A stretch of 64,000 nt of DNA. Source: an uncultured delta proteobacterium. Lineage in GTDB: Bacteria > Desulfobacterota > WTBG01 > CAIYCZ01 > CAIRTM01. Positions 31,905 through 43,168 of the stretch are shown here, one piece after another. The translations under genes and the position numbers were made by a program. Location: the NCBI GenBank assembly GCA_963804955.1, contig CAWDSQ010000032.1:1-64000 (forward strand), in the 5' to 3' direction. Positions within the stretch are counted from its first letter, which is position 1, and every line of letters starts with the position of its first letter. The notes under the pieces were generated by a model. It did not search any database and had not been told where the DNA came from. It was given only the letters and a program-made list of their open reading frames with translations.

Positions 31905-33069
31905 TCAATGATCGGTCAAAAACTGCTGCATGCTCCTGGAAATATAACTGAGGCTATGCTCTTTTTTTACATATTCCCGGGCATTGTTTCCCGTTTTTTG
32001 AAGTGCTTCCGGATTATCAAGCATATTCATGATACTAGCACCTATAGTGGAATCAAAATCCCCGGGTGGAACCTTTACAACAACAGAATCAGGCAACTCT
32101 GCAAACCAGGCGTCATCAGTGACCATACAGGGCTTTCCCATGGACATTGCATGAATCAAGCTGAATGAGGTCTCACCCATTGTGGGATACCGTAAATTTG
32201 CTACGAGGTTACAGCGACGAAGGATTGCAGTGTACACTATGTTTTCCACGTAGCCTGTTTTTATAATAAATGGGCTAAGATAATCATCCGCACTACTGCC
32301 TTCGCCAACCATAAGATAGTACACTTTGCGTGACAAGTGCTCATTAAGAGCCACAACTGCCCGACTCACCGTATGGTTCAGTTTTGTTTCAGCAATAAAA
32401 CCAAAGGATGCAACAACAAAAGCGTCGGCGGGGACACCATACGCAGTTTGCAGGACATCATCTACAGGGACTATCAGGCTCATCCCCCATGCAGACCATT
32501 GGAATTATCCGGACATTCACACCCGGAAATTCGGCGCACAGTCTGTCATGGGCATATCGAGAGTGAACTATTACACCTTGGGCCGTTTTAACAATCTCGG
32601 AGTTTAAGGGCAGCTTTGCAGCTATTTGCTTGCATTCAAGAAGATTGACTCGTGATTTAATAAAAGGTTTTAGAAAACTGATTCCTTCAGCACCTCCGAG
32701 TTCATACAGCTTGGAATACAGATTACCCTGTTTTTGAAAATACCCCACAGCAAGGAAATATAAAATATAATCATGCAGAATGACAAATCCCGGATATTTC
32801 ACTGCAGCATCATAGATATAGGAATGCCAGTATGGATTATTGCCGATATTATATAATCGAAGGGGGAATGCATCAAATGAGATTTCTGTTCTTGCACGGT
32901 TGATGACACAAAAGTCATCATACAGCTTCTTATTCTCCAATGAATAATCATCGGTCACAATCGTTATATCAAAATAGTGACGGAGCCCGTATATGAGAAT
33001 TTCGGAATAATCAGAGATTCCGCTTCGCTGAGGTAAAAAAGGACTTAGATAGAGAAGTGCCGGTTTCAT
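31905..33069 (-). CDS. GT-B glycosyltransferase (indel near 32485)
   Basis: SP..PQRSGISDYS, YNIGNN, ILHD, LRYPTMGETS. Confidence 0.85.
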
Positions 33070-33090
33070 AGATTGTCTTAATTTCTCATG

Positions 33091-34138
33091 TCACGTTGAA
33101 AGAAGGCTGCCAATCACATGATCCCAGCTGATATTTTTTTCCAGAAGTTGCCTGTTACCGCATTCGCCCATTGCTGCTGCAGCCTTGCGGTCAGCGGCCC
33201 AAAAATCAATTTTTTCGGCAACTTCTTCAGGATTTTCCTTTACGACAAAGCCGCTTTCGCCATGCGCCACGAACTCAAGCGGTCCACCTGCATTATCATG
33301 GACGATTACCGGTTTTTTTGAAAAAAAAGCCTCAAGCGTAACATAACCGTAGTCTTCATCATAAGCCCCGAAATAAACGCCAAGACAACGCGCATAGTAA
33401 TCTATTTTCTCTTCTTCGGAAACATAGCCCAGAAGCTTGACCCGGGATTCCAGCTTATACGTTTTGATTAAAGCACGGAGCCGAAGGACTTCCTGCTGGC
33501 TTCCCTGTCCGGCCAGATATATCATGGTATCCGTCCGCAAGTGACGGGCAGCTTCTATGAGCACCCACTGTCGCTTCATGCGGTCAATTCTGCTTGGATA
33601 GAAGATGAAATCTTCATACCCGTTGCAGTGCAGTTTCAAATAACTTTCTGGCGGGTGGTAAAGCGTGACGCCATCGATGCCATTAAACTTTTTCAGCCTC
33701 AGCCTGGTATTTTCCGCATTGGTAAAAATTTTTTCACACTCCCTGATATACCGATTATCGTTTTCAAAAATAAAATCCCGTAGCCATTCACCTTCAGGAA
33801 GCGGATGAATATCACCAAATTCTGTTCCCCAGAGGTCGTATGCCTGCCTGTGCTGATGGCAGAGCCACAGTATTTTTCGGGGATGCCTGAGATAATAGGC
33901 GGGAAATTTCATATGCGATAACAAGGTCTATTGCTTCACCGTTAACCTCTGTTAAATCAAGCATCCTGCCTGCTACCATGCAGTTCATCAACGACTCCTT
34001 TGGATACCATTTGAACGGAATGGTCACGATATCTGCCTCATGCCCTCGGGCAAGAAGTTCGCTGTGCAGTAGTTTGGCATGAAGTTCAGCCCCCCCCTTC
34101 ATAAAAGGAACCTGTACTGTGGCAATGGCTATTTTCAC
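33091..34138 (-). CDS. glycosyltransferase family 4 (indel near 33915)
   Basis: GGAE, HQHRQAYDLW, SRI..KRQ, EDYGYVTLEA. Confidence 0.9.
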
Positions 34139-35232
34139 AACTCTGCACCGGTAAAATTATGAAAAACCTGCTTGAATCGGTTTTCAATAACAGGCGGCTG
34201 AAATCTCGTCATATAGTTATGAATACCTTGTTCAATCAAAAACGCCGTAAAATCGGGTCTGTCTTGTAGCTCCTTGACAGCTGAAGCAACTGCGAGTGGA
34301 TCGTTTTCTAGGGAGACCTGGTTAGCCCCGAGAGTTTCAGCCACGGCCGGTATCGGAGATGCGATAACAGGTAACCGCAAAGCATGCGCTTCTATTAAAG
34401 GGACACAGAAACCTTCATGTTTGCTGGCGCAGACAAAGAAATCGCATCCAAGATAATATGAGAGCATCTGATGATCAGTGCATTCATCAACGAAAACAAC
34501 ATGCTCATTGAGACCGTAACAGTTAATTGCTGCATCAATTTCGCTATAGTATTTTTGCAGCGAAGCCGTTTTTTTTCCAACAATCCACAACATAATATTG
34601 CGGTCAAAATGTCTGCTGTAGCGGTGTATACTATCAATAAGAAATACATGGTTCTTGTTGGGGACAACTCTGCCGACAAACAGCAGATTGGTCATCCCGT
34701 TTTCAAGAAGGCCCTTGAGAATATTTTCATCCGGAAGGGTTGTCGACCACTGTGTAATATTGTGGAGTGGAGGCACAACCGCTACGACACCTGAGCTGAT
34801 GAGCGCCTGGGCGACTTCAGAAAGATTGTGCTGCGAAGCGCACATCCAGACAGCACCGGAAATAGTCCCGGCAAGCCTTTTTGTCTGTTCTCTGCCAAGC
34901 CTGCATGCATGCGCCGCACTGGCATCGTATTTTTCAAAAAAAAACTCTGGCGTGACATTATGATACCTTATTACAATTCGGCATTTTGCCTTGGCCAGCA
35001 CCTCCTCACCTTCCAGCCAGAAATTGCTGTGATGATAAACGAGTACATTCTCTTGAGACTCAATAACTTCCATCAAGTCTTTTCTGGGCAACAGGGTGAG
35101 GCCTTTTTGTTGAAGACTCGTGCAATACACCCAGCAGGGGTAACGGGACGAAATAATCCTGTACATATTGGCAATATCATTGCCAATAGCATCATGTGCG
35201 GCAATAGTCTGATGCAGAAGAACAACCTTCAT
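34135..35232 (-). CDS. glycosyltransferase family 4
   Basis: DAIGND, YHNVTP, FVGRVVPNK, SKHEGFCVPLIEA. Confidence 0.9.
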   Translation of the reverse strand: MKVVLLHQTIAAHDAIGNDIANMYRIISSRYPCWVYCTSLQQKGLTLLPRKDLMEVIESQENVLVYHHSNFWLEGEEVLAKAKCRIVIRYHNVTPEFFFEKYDASAAHACRLGREQTKRLAGTISGAVWMCASQHNLSEVAQALISSGVVAVVPPLHNITQWSTTLPDENILKGLLENGMTNLLFVGRVVPNKNHVFLIDSIHRYSRHFDRNIMLWIVGKKTASLQKYYSEIDAAINCYGLNEHVVFVDECTDHQMLSYYLGCDFFVCASKHEGFCVPLIEAHALRLPVIASPIPAVAETLGANQVSLENDPLAVASAVKELQDRPDFTAFLIEQGIHNYMTRFQPPVIENRFKQVFHNFTGAEL

Positions 35233-35265
35233 TGCTATATACGATACCAGTTAATGTATCAGCAG

Positions 35266-36306
35266 TTAGCGTGCACTGACATCTTGTAAATCAGCATGCA
35301 TCATGAGACTCACCAGCTCTTCAAATTTCACCCTGGCCTCCCAGCCCAGTTTCCGTTTCGCCTTGCCGGGATCACCAATAAGAATATCAACCTCTGCGGG
35401 ACGAAAATAGCGTTCGTCTATCCTGACAATGGGCTTACCGGAAATAGTGTCAACTCCCACTTCATTAACACCAGCGCCCTGCCAGGCAAGCTTCACGTCA
35501 ATGCAGGCGCAGGCCTTTTCAATAAATTCACGCACGGTATGCGTCTCGCCTGTGGCCACGACATAATCATCAGGCTCAGGCTGCTGCAGCATAAGCCACA
35601 TCATCTGGGTATATTCCGGGGCATAACCCCAGTCGCGCTTTGAGTCAAGGGTGCCCATATACAGGCAATCGTCCAGCCCGGCCTTGATGCGGGCAAGCCC
35701 CCTTGTGATCTTGCGGGTGACAAATGTTTCACCTCGCCGTGGAGATTCATGATTGAAAAGTATGCCGTTTGAGGCATGAATGCCATAGGCTTCACGATAG
35801 TTCACTACAATCCAGTACGCATACAATTTGGCCACGGCATAGGGTGAACGTGGATAAAAAGGCGTTTTCTCTGTTTGAGGTATCTCTACGACTTTACCGA
35901 AAAGTTCGCTTGTTGACGCCTGATAGAATCTGGTTTTATCTTTTAAACCGACCTCTTTGATTGCATCAAGAAAACGCAGTGTCCCCACACCATCAACTTC
36001 AGCCGTATATTCCGGGACTTCAAAAGACACCTGGACATGCGATTGCGCGGCAAGATTGTAGATTTCGTCGGGGCCTATTTTTTCGAGCAATCTGTTTAAG
36101 TTGCTGCTGTCGGTCATATCGCCATAATGGAGAAACATGCGTGCCCCCTTATGGTGAGGATCATCATACAGATGATCAATCCGTTTCGTATTAAACGAGC
36201 TTGCACGCCTGATAATACCGTGAACCTCGTATTTTTTTTCAAGCAGCTGCTCGGCAAGATACGAGCCATCCTGACCGGTTATTCCTGTTATGAGGGCCTT
36301 TTTCAT
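35266..36306 (-). CDS. gmd: GDP-mannose 4,6-dehydratase
   Basis: [50 protein letters not shown]. Confidence 0.97.
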   Translation of the reverse strand: MKKALITGITGQDGSYLAEQLLEKKYEVHGIIRRASSFNTKRIDHLYDDPHHKGARMFLHYGDMTDSSNLNRLLEKIGPDEIYNLAAQSHVQVSFEVPEYTAEVDGVGTLRFLDAIKEVGLKDKTRFYQASTSELFGKVVEIPQTEKTPFYPRSPYAVAKLYAYWIVVNYREAYGIHASNGILFNHESPRRGETFVTRKITRGLARIKAGLDDCLYMGTLDSKRDWGYAPEYTQMMWLMLQQPEPDDYVVATGETHTVREFIEKACACIDVKLAWQGAGVNEVGVDTISGKPIVRIDERYFRPAEVDILIGDPGKAKRKLGWEARVKFEELVSLMMHADLQDVSAR

Positions 36307-36385
36307 CTTTTCACCTTTCCGGTTTTATAAAATTAATCATTTTTAATTCCATCGGCATGCAGCACTGATAAGCATTAACAAAAAG

Positions 36386-38011
36386 TCAAACATGTTTCTT
36401 ATAAGCAATAACAGCATAGTCCTGACCGCAGTTAAAAACTTCCATCATGCGGGCCATTTCCCCATCAGGCGGGGTATCAAAAAAAAGCAGCGGAGAGGAC
36501 CTCATAATCGTTGAGTCGATAAATCCTCTGGCTTGGGCAAGATATGCAAGAGTAGCAGGCGGAATCGGGTGGACATGCGAGGGGTCAGTATAGAAGGTGC
36601 ATGAACCGACAATAATATTTTCAGGGTTTGGCGTTTCAAAAATTATGCAGCCACCCGGCCTCAGCACGCGAAAAGCTTCATCAAACAGTGCGATAACATC
36701 TTTCCATGGAAGATGCTCTATCATGTGAAAGCTGGTGAGGGCCCCGAGACTACCGGGAGGAAGGCCTCTGAGAAAAGCCAATGCATCAGATTCTTCAACT
36801 GCGAGATTCCTTTCACGGCACAGTTGCAGCATTACCCTGTTGCAATCAACGCCCCTGGCCGTATAGCCAGTATCGGAAAGGAGTTCGAGCCATTCACCCC
36901 GACCGCATCCAAGATCAAGGACAGGATACTGCAATGTGCCTGCACCAGCCAGCTGAATGTAGTGCACATATTTGTGCAGACGTTGCAGTATATCTTCCCT
37001 CGTCCCTCTGAATTTTTCTTCAAACAATACATATAAGGCATCATACGCATGCTCATATTCAGAGGCAAGCATATCCGGCTTGTTATTACTGATACAATCA
37101 GCCAGATAATTTTTTGCTTCCTCAAGCAGCAGATTCAAGCGGCGCTGCTGATCCAGAATAATGGTGGTGTGCTCATACATTGTTTTTTTAATGGTTTCGA
37201 TGTTTGCAGTAAAAACATCCTGTAGCTCTTCTACTCTCAAAGAATCAGCCTTTTGTACCGACACCTGCTCCAGCACCTGCCGGATATCCTCGACATTCTG
37301 TTTATCCGCTTTCTGAACAGATAAGCTCTCAAGGGCTTGCGAGAGAAGGTTCTGCTGCGCTGAGGTTCTAGATTCAAACATTTGTAAATTTTTTAATAGT
37401 GCAGGGAAGGTCAAAACACCGGCAATAACTTTGATTACATAACCAAGCACCGGTATTTTATAAAGAGAGTTTACACAGAAACGCGTCAGCAAACCGTGCA
37501 CCGGCACCTTGCTCACCCTGCCTTCCTGTGAATAGCGTAATCGTCCAAGTATATCAGTTTTAGTTAGGGCTCCGTTACGCAAGCAGGATAAAAAATGCTT
37601 CCTGCCATTATCATCGGGTACCCTGCCCAGTATCGCCATATACGCCAAATTTAAAAAGGCTTCATCCTGTAGTTTGAGAAAATCAGAAAGCTCATAAAAG
37701 TCTTTAATAATGAAATCCTCGTCAAACCCTTTCTGTGCATGACTGTGGAACGGACCATAATCAACCGCATGCTCATTTTCTGAATTTGCAGCTGATCTCC
37801 TGGTCTGAAAGTTTACAGCATGCATGTCTTTTTGACAATTAATCTCATTTTGAATTTTAAACACAATATCGTCAAGGGAAGGAGGGATAGTGCTGCTGCC
37901 TTCCTGGCCTGCAGGAATAATTCTTTTTCTTTCCTGCGCAACCCTTTTGTTAATCTGCCGCATGATTTCTTCTACCGTCACTGCATGGCTATTTTGCATG
38001 TCATGCCCCAT
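36386..38011 (-). CDS. coiled-coil + class I SAM methyltransferase (glycan chain terminator-like)
   Basis: AY.AILGR.PD..G domain, Gln/Glu-rich heptads, FEEKFRG, LDLGCGRGEWL, FETPNP, DPSH. Confidence 0.85.
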   Translation of the reverse strand: MGHDMQNSHAVTVEEIMRQINKRVAQERKRIIPAGQEGSSTIPPSLDDIVFKIQNEINCQKDMHAVNFQTRRSAANSENEHAVDYGPFHSHAQKGFDEDFIIKDFYELSDFLKLQDEAFLNLAYMAILGRVPDDNGRKHFLSCLRNGALTKTDILGRLRYSQEGRVSKVPVHGLLTRFCVNSLYKIPVLGYVIKVIAGVLTFPALLKNLQMFESRTSAQQNLLSQALESLSVQKADKQNVEDIRQVLEQVSVQKADSLRVEELQDVFTANIETIKKTMYEHTTIILDQQRRLNLLLEEAKNYLADCISNNKPDMLASEYEHAYDALYVLFEEKFRGTREDILQRLHKYVHYIQLAGAGTLQYPVLDLGCGRGEWLELLSDTGYTARGVDCNRVMLQLCRERNLAVEESDALAFLRGLPPGSLGALTSFHMIEHLPWKDVIALFDEAFRVLRPGGCIIFETPNPENIIVGSCTFYTDPSHVHPIPPATLAYLAQARGFIDSTIMRSSPLLFFDTPPDGEMARMMEVFNCGQDYAVIAYKKHV

Positions 38012-38081
38012 GAGTATCCCTGGTGAAAAAAATTTAAAAACCCGGTGCCAATAACTATGACCAGCGTGCTGACGTGCATCT

Positions 38082-39293
38082 TTAAAGTTGGAAAATCTCT
38101 GTTACAGACGGTTTTAATCGAGCCAGACCAATACAATAAAAATCCGGATTGCCGACGACTTCAAATGTCCGGATCATATCAACCCAGTGATAGCAGGCAT
38201 GCAGGTGCACATCGCCCGTATGAGCAGCTACAGTGAGTGTATAGTTTCCGGCGCCGATATTGAATTCATCAAATACAAACTTTATAGTCCCCTGCTTATT
38301 CGCACCGATAGCAACAGGTGTTTTGAGATGATGTGTGTTTGTCCCAAAAATATCCTGTCCGAATTTGTCACGAATAAGTATGCCAACCGTTAATGCATCA
38401 ACCTGTTCATATGATTTAAGGTTTATTTCAATGGAACATTTTCTGCCGGAGACCACTGTGCCGCTTTCACTATCCTGTTCGTTCAAGAGAGAAACCGACA
38501 CAATTTCAACTGCAAAATTACCGTAGGAACTGCCCTGCTTCAGCCCCGGCCTTTGTATGATTTCCCTGCCGGCTGTTTTACGGGCAAGAAGATACGTATA
38601 TGCATTGATAGCTGCTTCGGGCTCGCCCTCTTCCAGTATCTCACCCTGTTCAAGGAGGATGACCCGGTCGCACAGCACTTTTACGGTATTCATGTCATGA
38701 GACACCAGCACTATAGATCCGCCATTATTCCTGAAAGATTTTATTCTGTCCGTGCATTTCTGCTGGAAATAGGCATCGCCGACAGACAGCGCCTCATCAA
38801 CAACAAAAGCCCGGGGATTTGCATGAATGGCAATAGAGAACGCAAGACGCATGGACATGCCGGTCGAATATGTTTTAATGGGGTCGTACATAAAGTCGCC
38901 AAGTTCGCTGAAAGCAATAATAGCATCGCGTTTTTCGTCGAGCTCGGCTTTTGTCATGCCGCGAAGAATTCCGTTTAGGTAAATATTCTGCAATCCGGTA
39001 TATTCCGGGTTGAAACCGGTCGTAAGTTCAAGCAGGCCTGTTATCCTGCCTGAAATGGCCACATGCCCCGCATCAGGCAGGAGAATGCCCATCATCAGCT
39101 TCAACAATGTTGATTTACCAGCGCCGTTTTGCCCGATAATGCCTACGGTTTCTCCTGACTGCACGCTGAAGCTGACATCTTTTAATGCATCATACACTCG
39201 ATGAAACTTACGGCGATACAGTATCTCGCGCAAACGGTCTGCGGGCGAATGATACAATCGAAAAGTCTTGGAAATATGTGTTACGTCTATCAT
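38082..39293 (-). CDS. wzt: polysaccharide ABC transporter ATPase with C-terminal carbohydrate-binding domain
   Basis: GQNGAGKSTLL, YSTGM..RLAF, VDEALSVGD; ~150-aa C-terminal domain. Confidence 0.92.
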   Translation of the reverse strand: MIDVTHISKTFRLYHSPADRLREILYRRKFHRVYDALKDVSFSVQSGETVGIIGQNGAGKSTLLKLMMGILLPDAGHVAISGRITGLLELTTGFNPEYTGLQNIYLNGILRGMTKAELDEKRDAIIAFSELGDFMYDPIKTYSTGMSMRLAFSIAIHANPRAFVVDEALSVGDAYFQQKCTDRIKSFRNNGGSIVLVSHDMNTVKVLCDRVILLEQGEILEEGEPEAAINAYTYLLARKTAGREIIQRPGLKQGSSYGNFAVEIVSVSLLNEQDSESGTVVSGRKCSIEINLKSYEQVDALTVGILIRDKFGQDIFGTNTHHLKTPVAIGANKQGTIKFVFDEFNIGAGNYTLTVAAHTGDVHLHACYHWVDMIRTFEVVGNPDFYCIGLARLKPSVTEIFQL

Positions 39294-39353
39294 AATTCCC
39301 AAAATGCCTGTTTAAGCCCTCTCTTCATTCCCTCGTGGCCGATGCAGCGGCCG

Positions 39354-40499
39354 TCATTTCCTCCGATGAGCCACCGAATCAAGAACTTCAAAAGTTCGCC
39401 GGGCTGTTCTCTGCCAGGTAAAATCAGCGGCCCGTTTAAAGCCGCGTATCTTGAGTGTATCGTTCAAAGCGCTATCGCATACAACCTTTTCAATAGCCGC
39501 GGCACAATCACCGGCGTCATGGGGGTCAACAAACAATGCGGCATCTCCGGCCACCTCCGGAAGGCTCGATGAACGGGCGCACACAACAGGGCAGCCGCAA
39601 GCCATTGCTTCCAGCACCGGAAGCCCGAATCCTTCGTAAAAACTGGGGTACACAAGTGCACGCGCACCGGAATACAGGCATGCAAGCATTTCATCAGTCA
39701 CATATTTTGTAATAAAAATACGCTTCTCAAGATGCGCCTTTTTGATTAAATCCCACCAGCCCTTGTCTCCCCAGCCCTGCCAGCCGGTTAAAACAAGGGG
39801 AATATCTGTTTTTGCCTGCGCAAGCGCTTGAATTGCAAGTGCAATATTTTTACGCGGTTCAAGAGTACCGACACAAAGAAGGAAATCTTTCGGAATAGCA
39901 AGCGCAGCGCAGGCGGAAGCAATCAGCTCATCGTGTCTGGGCGAAAACACAGGATCGGAAGCCAGAGGTATCGCTGTTACACGATCAGGATCGAATCCGA
40001 GAGTAGCCACTATCTCCTGCTTCATAAATTCTGAAATCGTTATAATATGGTCAGCATACTGACGGCGCCGCTTGAAAAAAAAATCAAAAAATTGAACCCT
40101 TTCCCGGGGATGTTCGGCACGATACTTCACAAGAGAAATATCATAGAGGGTATATACTATCGGCACATCAGGCAGGGCTGGCGGAATAAACCCGGTCTCA
40201 TGATAGACGGCATACTGCGTCTTTTTGCAGACGGCTCGTAATTTTCGCTCAAATTTCATCCAGTGGACACCGCGCAAAACAGCAACCAGAAAATCCGGCA
40301 GGCGCCAGATCAGCTCCGTCGACTTTGCCCACGCAGCAGGCTCCGCCTGTGAAGGCATGGCGGCAGACGACGATACGCCATTAAAAAAAGTGGCGGAAAC
40401 ATGAGGTATTTTCAGAAGTTCAGCATACAGGCAGCGCACGTAGCGGGATATGCCGGTAAGCAATCCTTGAAGAGGAAGCGCATTCACAATAATGTTCAT
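39354..40499 (-). CDS. glycosyltransferase family 4 (mannosyl/rhamnosyltransferase-like)
   Basis: TGISRY, VGTLEPRKN, YPSFYEGFGLPVLEAMACG. Confidence 0.92.
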   Translation of the reverse strand: MNIIVNALPLQGLLTGISRYVRCLYAELLKIPHVSATFFNGVSSSAAMPSQAEPAAWAKSTELIWRLPDFLVAVLRGVHWMKFERKLRAVCKKTQYAVYHETGFIPPALPDVPIVYTLYDISLVKYRAEHPRERVQFFDFFFKRRRQYADHIITISEFMKQEIVATLGFDPDRVTAIPLASDPVFSPRHDELIASACAALAIPKDFLLCVGTLEPRKNIALAIQALAQAKTDIPLVLTGWQGWGDKGWWDLIKKAHLEKRIFITKYVTDEMLACLYSGARALVYPSFYEGFGLPVLEAMACGCPVVCARSSSLPEVAGDAALFVDPHDAGDCAAAIEKVVCDSALNDTLKIRGFKRAADFTWQRTARRTFEVLDSVAHRRK

Positions 40500-40654
40500 G
40501 CAATAAAACTTTCTGCAAGCAACAGCTGCTAAAAAAATGCGGCGGAATTCTGCGCTGCAATCAATGAATACATCCGCCTTTATGTGCGTATGCAAAAAAC
40601 GCCGGAGCAGAAAAAAATCCACGCTTGGCATTCCCGGAACCAGCATGGATGCAT

Positions 40655-41425
40655 CTATAAAAAATCCCTGACATCTTTTTCAAGTGCACGAAAAATCATG
40701 TAGGCTGCAGTGATAACAACATGAAAAAGCACTGCCATTATGATTAAGGCAGAATAATTGATCTCATGTTGTGAAATAAAAATAGTTTGATAAGTATCTA
40801 TAATAACATACATGGGATTATAAAAAAGCAGCTTTTTAAGAAAAACAGGGAGTATTTCTTTAAGGTACACTATGGGCGTAAGCCAGAACCATACCTGAAG
40901 CAACACGCTGACAGCCTGTTTAAAATCTTTTATAAAAACTGTCATAGTGGCTGCAAACAACCCAAGACCGACAGCAAAAACCTGTTGAAGGTAAAAGAGG
41001 ACTGGCAGCAGAAGAATTTTCATGGAGAACTGGAATTCAGTACCAAGAAGAAAAAGGAAAAAAAAGCCAAGGGTCAAAACGAATGTGACCGACTCAGACA
41101 AGGCAATATACACAAGAAGCGATGGCAGAGAAATCTGCATTTTTGAAATCAGGTGCTTTGTATCAATAAAAACGGAGGTCGACCGTGCAAGCGTATTAGC
41201 AAATGCGGTCCAGGGCAAAAGGCCTACCGTTAAATAAACGCTGTAGGCATATAAATACGATTCGCCTGCAAGGCGGCCACCCATTATTTTTCCAAAAACA
41301 ACAATATAGATTGCTAAATTGACGATAGGGAAAATGACAGCCCATGTCGATCCAAGAATCGATCCGGCAAAACGCTCGGTGAAATCACGTTTTACGAGCT
41401 CAATAATCAATCCGCCATTAAACAT
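40655..41425 (-). CDS. wzm: polysaccharide ABC transporter permease
   Basis: RDF..RFAGSILG..W, WFWLTPIVY, NP motif; hydrophobic. Confidence 0.92.
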   Translation of the reverse strand: MFNGGLIIELVKRDFTERFAGSILGSTWAVIFPIVNLAIYIVVFGKIMGGRLAGESYLYAYSVYLTVGLLPWTAFANTLARSTSVFIDTKHLISKMQISLPSLLVYIALSESVTFVLTLGFFFLFLLGTEFQFSMKILLLPVLFYLQQVFAVGLGLFAATMTVFIKDFKQAVSVLLQVWFWLTPIVYLKEILPVFLKKLLFYNPMYVIIDTYQTIFISQHEINYSALIIMAVLFHVVITAAYMIFRALEKDVRDFL

Positions 41426-41631
41426 ATATGCCGACCAGTCTCCCTACCTGCTTGATGATGACTGCATAATTGAATTAATTACAGGCAAAGCAGATGAACA
41501 AAATAAGTATAATTCATTAAATGATTTTAATATAAAAAGCATCTATTTCTTTATCGGTACAATAATTAAAAAATTGAAGATAAGTTTTGAATTTGATTAT
41601 GGAAATGTATTAATACTGCCGCATACGGCAG

Positions 41632-43099
41632 TTAGTGCTTCACAGCAAACGTATCACGGGTGATTGCATAGAGCCTGTAATAGTCTGCCGCAGACAGTGC
41701 CCATGAAAAATTGCAGGACATGCCCTTGAGCATCAACTGTCTCCAGCGAGTAGCATCTTTGTAGAGTGAAACCGCATGCTGCACAGCGCCCAACAGTGCC
41801 TCTGCCGAGTACGCATCGAATGTAAAGCCGGTGCCGGTATCCGGGCCATGCGCAGTATAATCAACAATGGTGTCATCAAGCCCGCCGGTAGCTCGAACAA
41901 TGGGCACCGTACCATATTTCAGGCTGTATATCTGATTGAGACCGCAGGGTTCATACCGCGAGGGCATGAGAAACATGTCGCAGCCCGCCTCTATTTTATG
42001 GGCAAGCTGATTATTATAAGCGCAGCAGAAGCTCATGCGGTTTTTATTGCGTGATGCAAGTTTTTTAAACAGGCGCTCGTACGCAGCATCTCCTGAACCA
42101 AGCAGTATATAGCCTGCGCCAAGGCCAAGCATTGTATCGAGAATCGCGGCGATTAAATCAAAACCCTTTTGATCAACCAGCCGTGAAATGGAACCAAGCA
42201 GAGGCGCTTCAAAAAGCGCTGCGGGCAGACCGCACTGTACGATCAGGTCTTTTTTGCACTGCTGTTTAAGGTGCAAGGTCTGAGCGGTATACCGGGATGC
42301 GATAATCTTGTCAGTTTCCGGGCTCCACTCATCATAATCAACTCCATTCAGGACGCCATACAGGTCGCTGTTCCTGTCCTGCAAAACCCCCTCAAGTCCG
42401 CAGCCGAACTCTGGTGTCAGTATTTCACGGGCATACTTTCTGCTGACGGTTGTGATGGTTCGAGAAAAAATTATTCCCGCCTTCAGCATGCTCATCTGCC
42501 CCCAGTATTCAAGTCCCCGCATATCATAAAACCAGTGAGGCAGGCCTGTCAGTTCAAACTTGTCCCTGTCAAAAAGGCCCTGATAGGCAATATTGTGGAT
42601 CGTAAAAACAGTGGCTGAAGCATTGAAAAATTCCGTTTCGATTCCGGCCTTGATAGTAGGCGGGAATAAGCCCTGTCTGCCAGTCATTGCAATGTATGAT
42701 ATCCGGAACAAAATTAATTTGGCGGCACAAATCAAGAACGGCCCGGCAGAAAAATATAAACCGCTCCGCATTATCGCTATAATCGCCATTCTGGTCGCCA
42801 TACAGACCGTCACGGTCATACAGCTCATCGCACTGAACAAAATAAATCGTGACGGACTGCTTGAGCAATGCCTTGGAATAACGCCCGGCATAGGTCTTCG
42901 GCCCCATCTGAAGTTTAAATTCCAAACCTAACGGGTCAAGATCAAAACCCTGTTTGCGTGTGCTTCTGTACAGCGGGGTTGCAACGCGAATATCACAGCC
43001 GCACTGCTGCACATAAAGCGGCAGAGCACCTGCCACATCAGCAAGGCCGCCGGTTTTTGCAAAAGGAACAACTTCTGATGATACATACAAAACATTCAT
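41632..43099 (-). CDS. glgA: glycogen synthase (indel near 42655)
   Basis: SEVVPFAKTGGLADV, HCNDWQT, TIHNIAYQG, SRLVDQKG, PSRYEPCGL. Confidence 0.95.
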
Positions 43100-43168
43100 G
43101 AGCACACGTTCATTACAACTTGTTTCGTTATCAAAAACAGGCAACTGTTCAACCGCAATGAAAAAAAT

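Noticed and set aside
41430..41630. JUMPstart/ops element ahead of wzm
   Set aside because: No GGCGGTAG match; only an AT-rich promoter region
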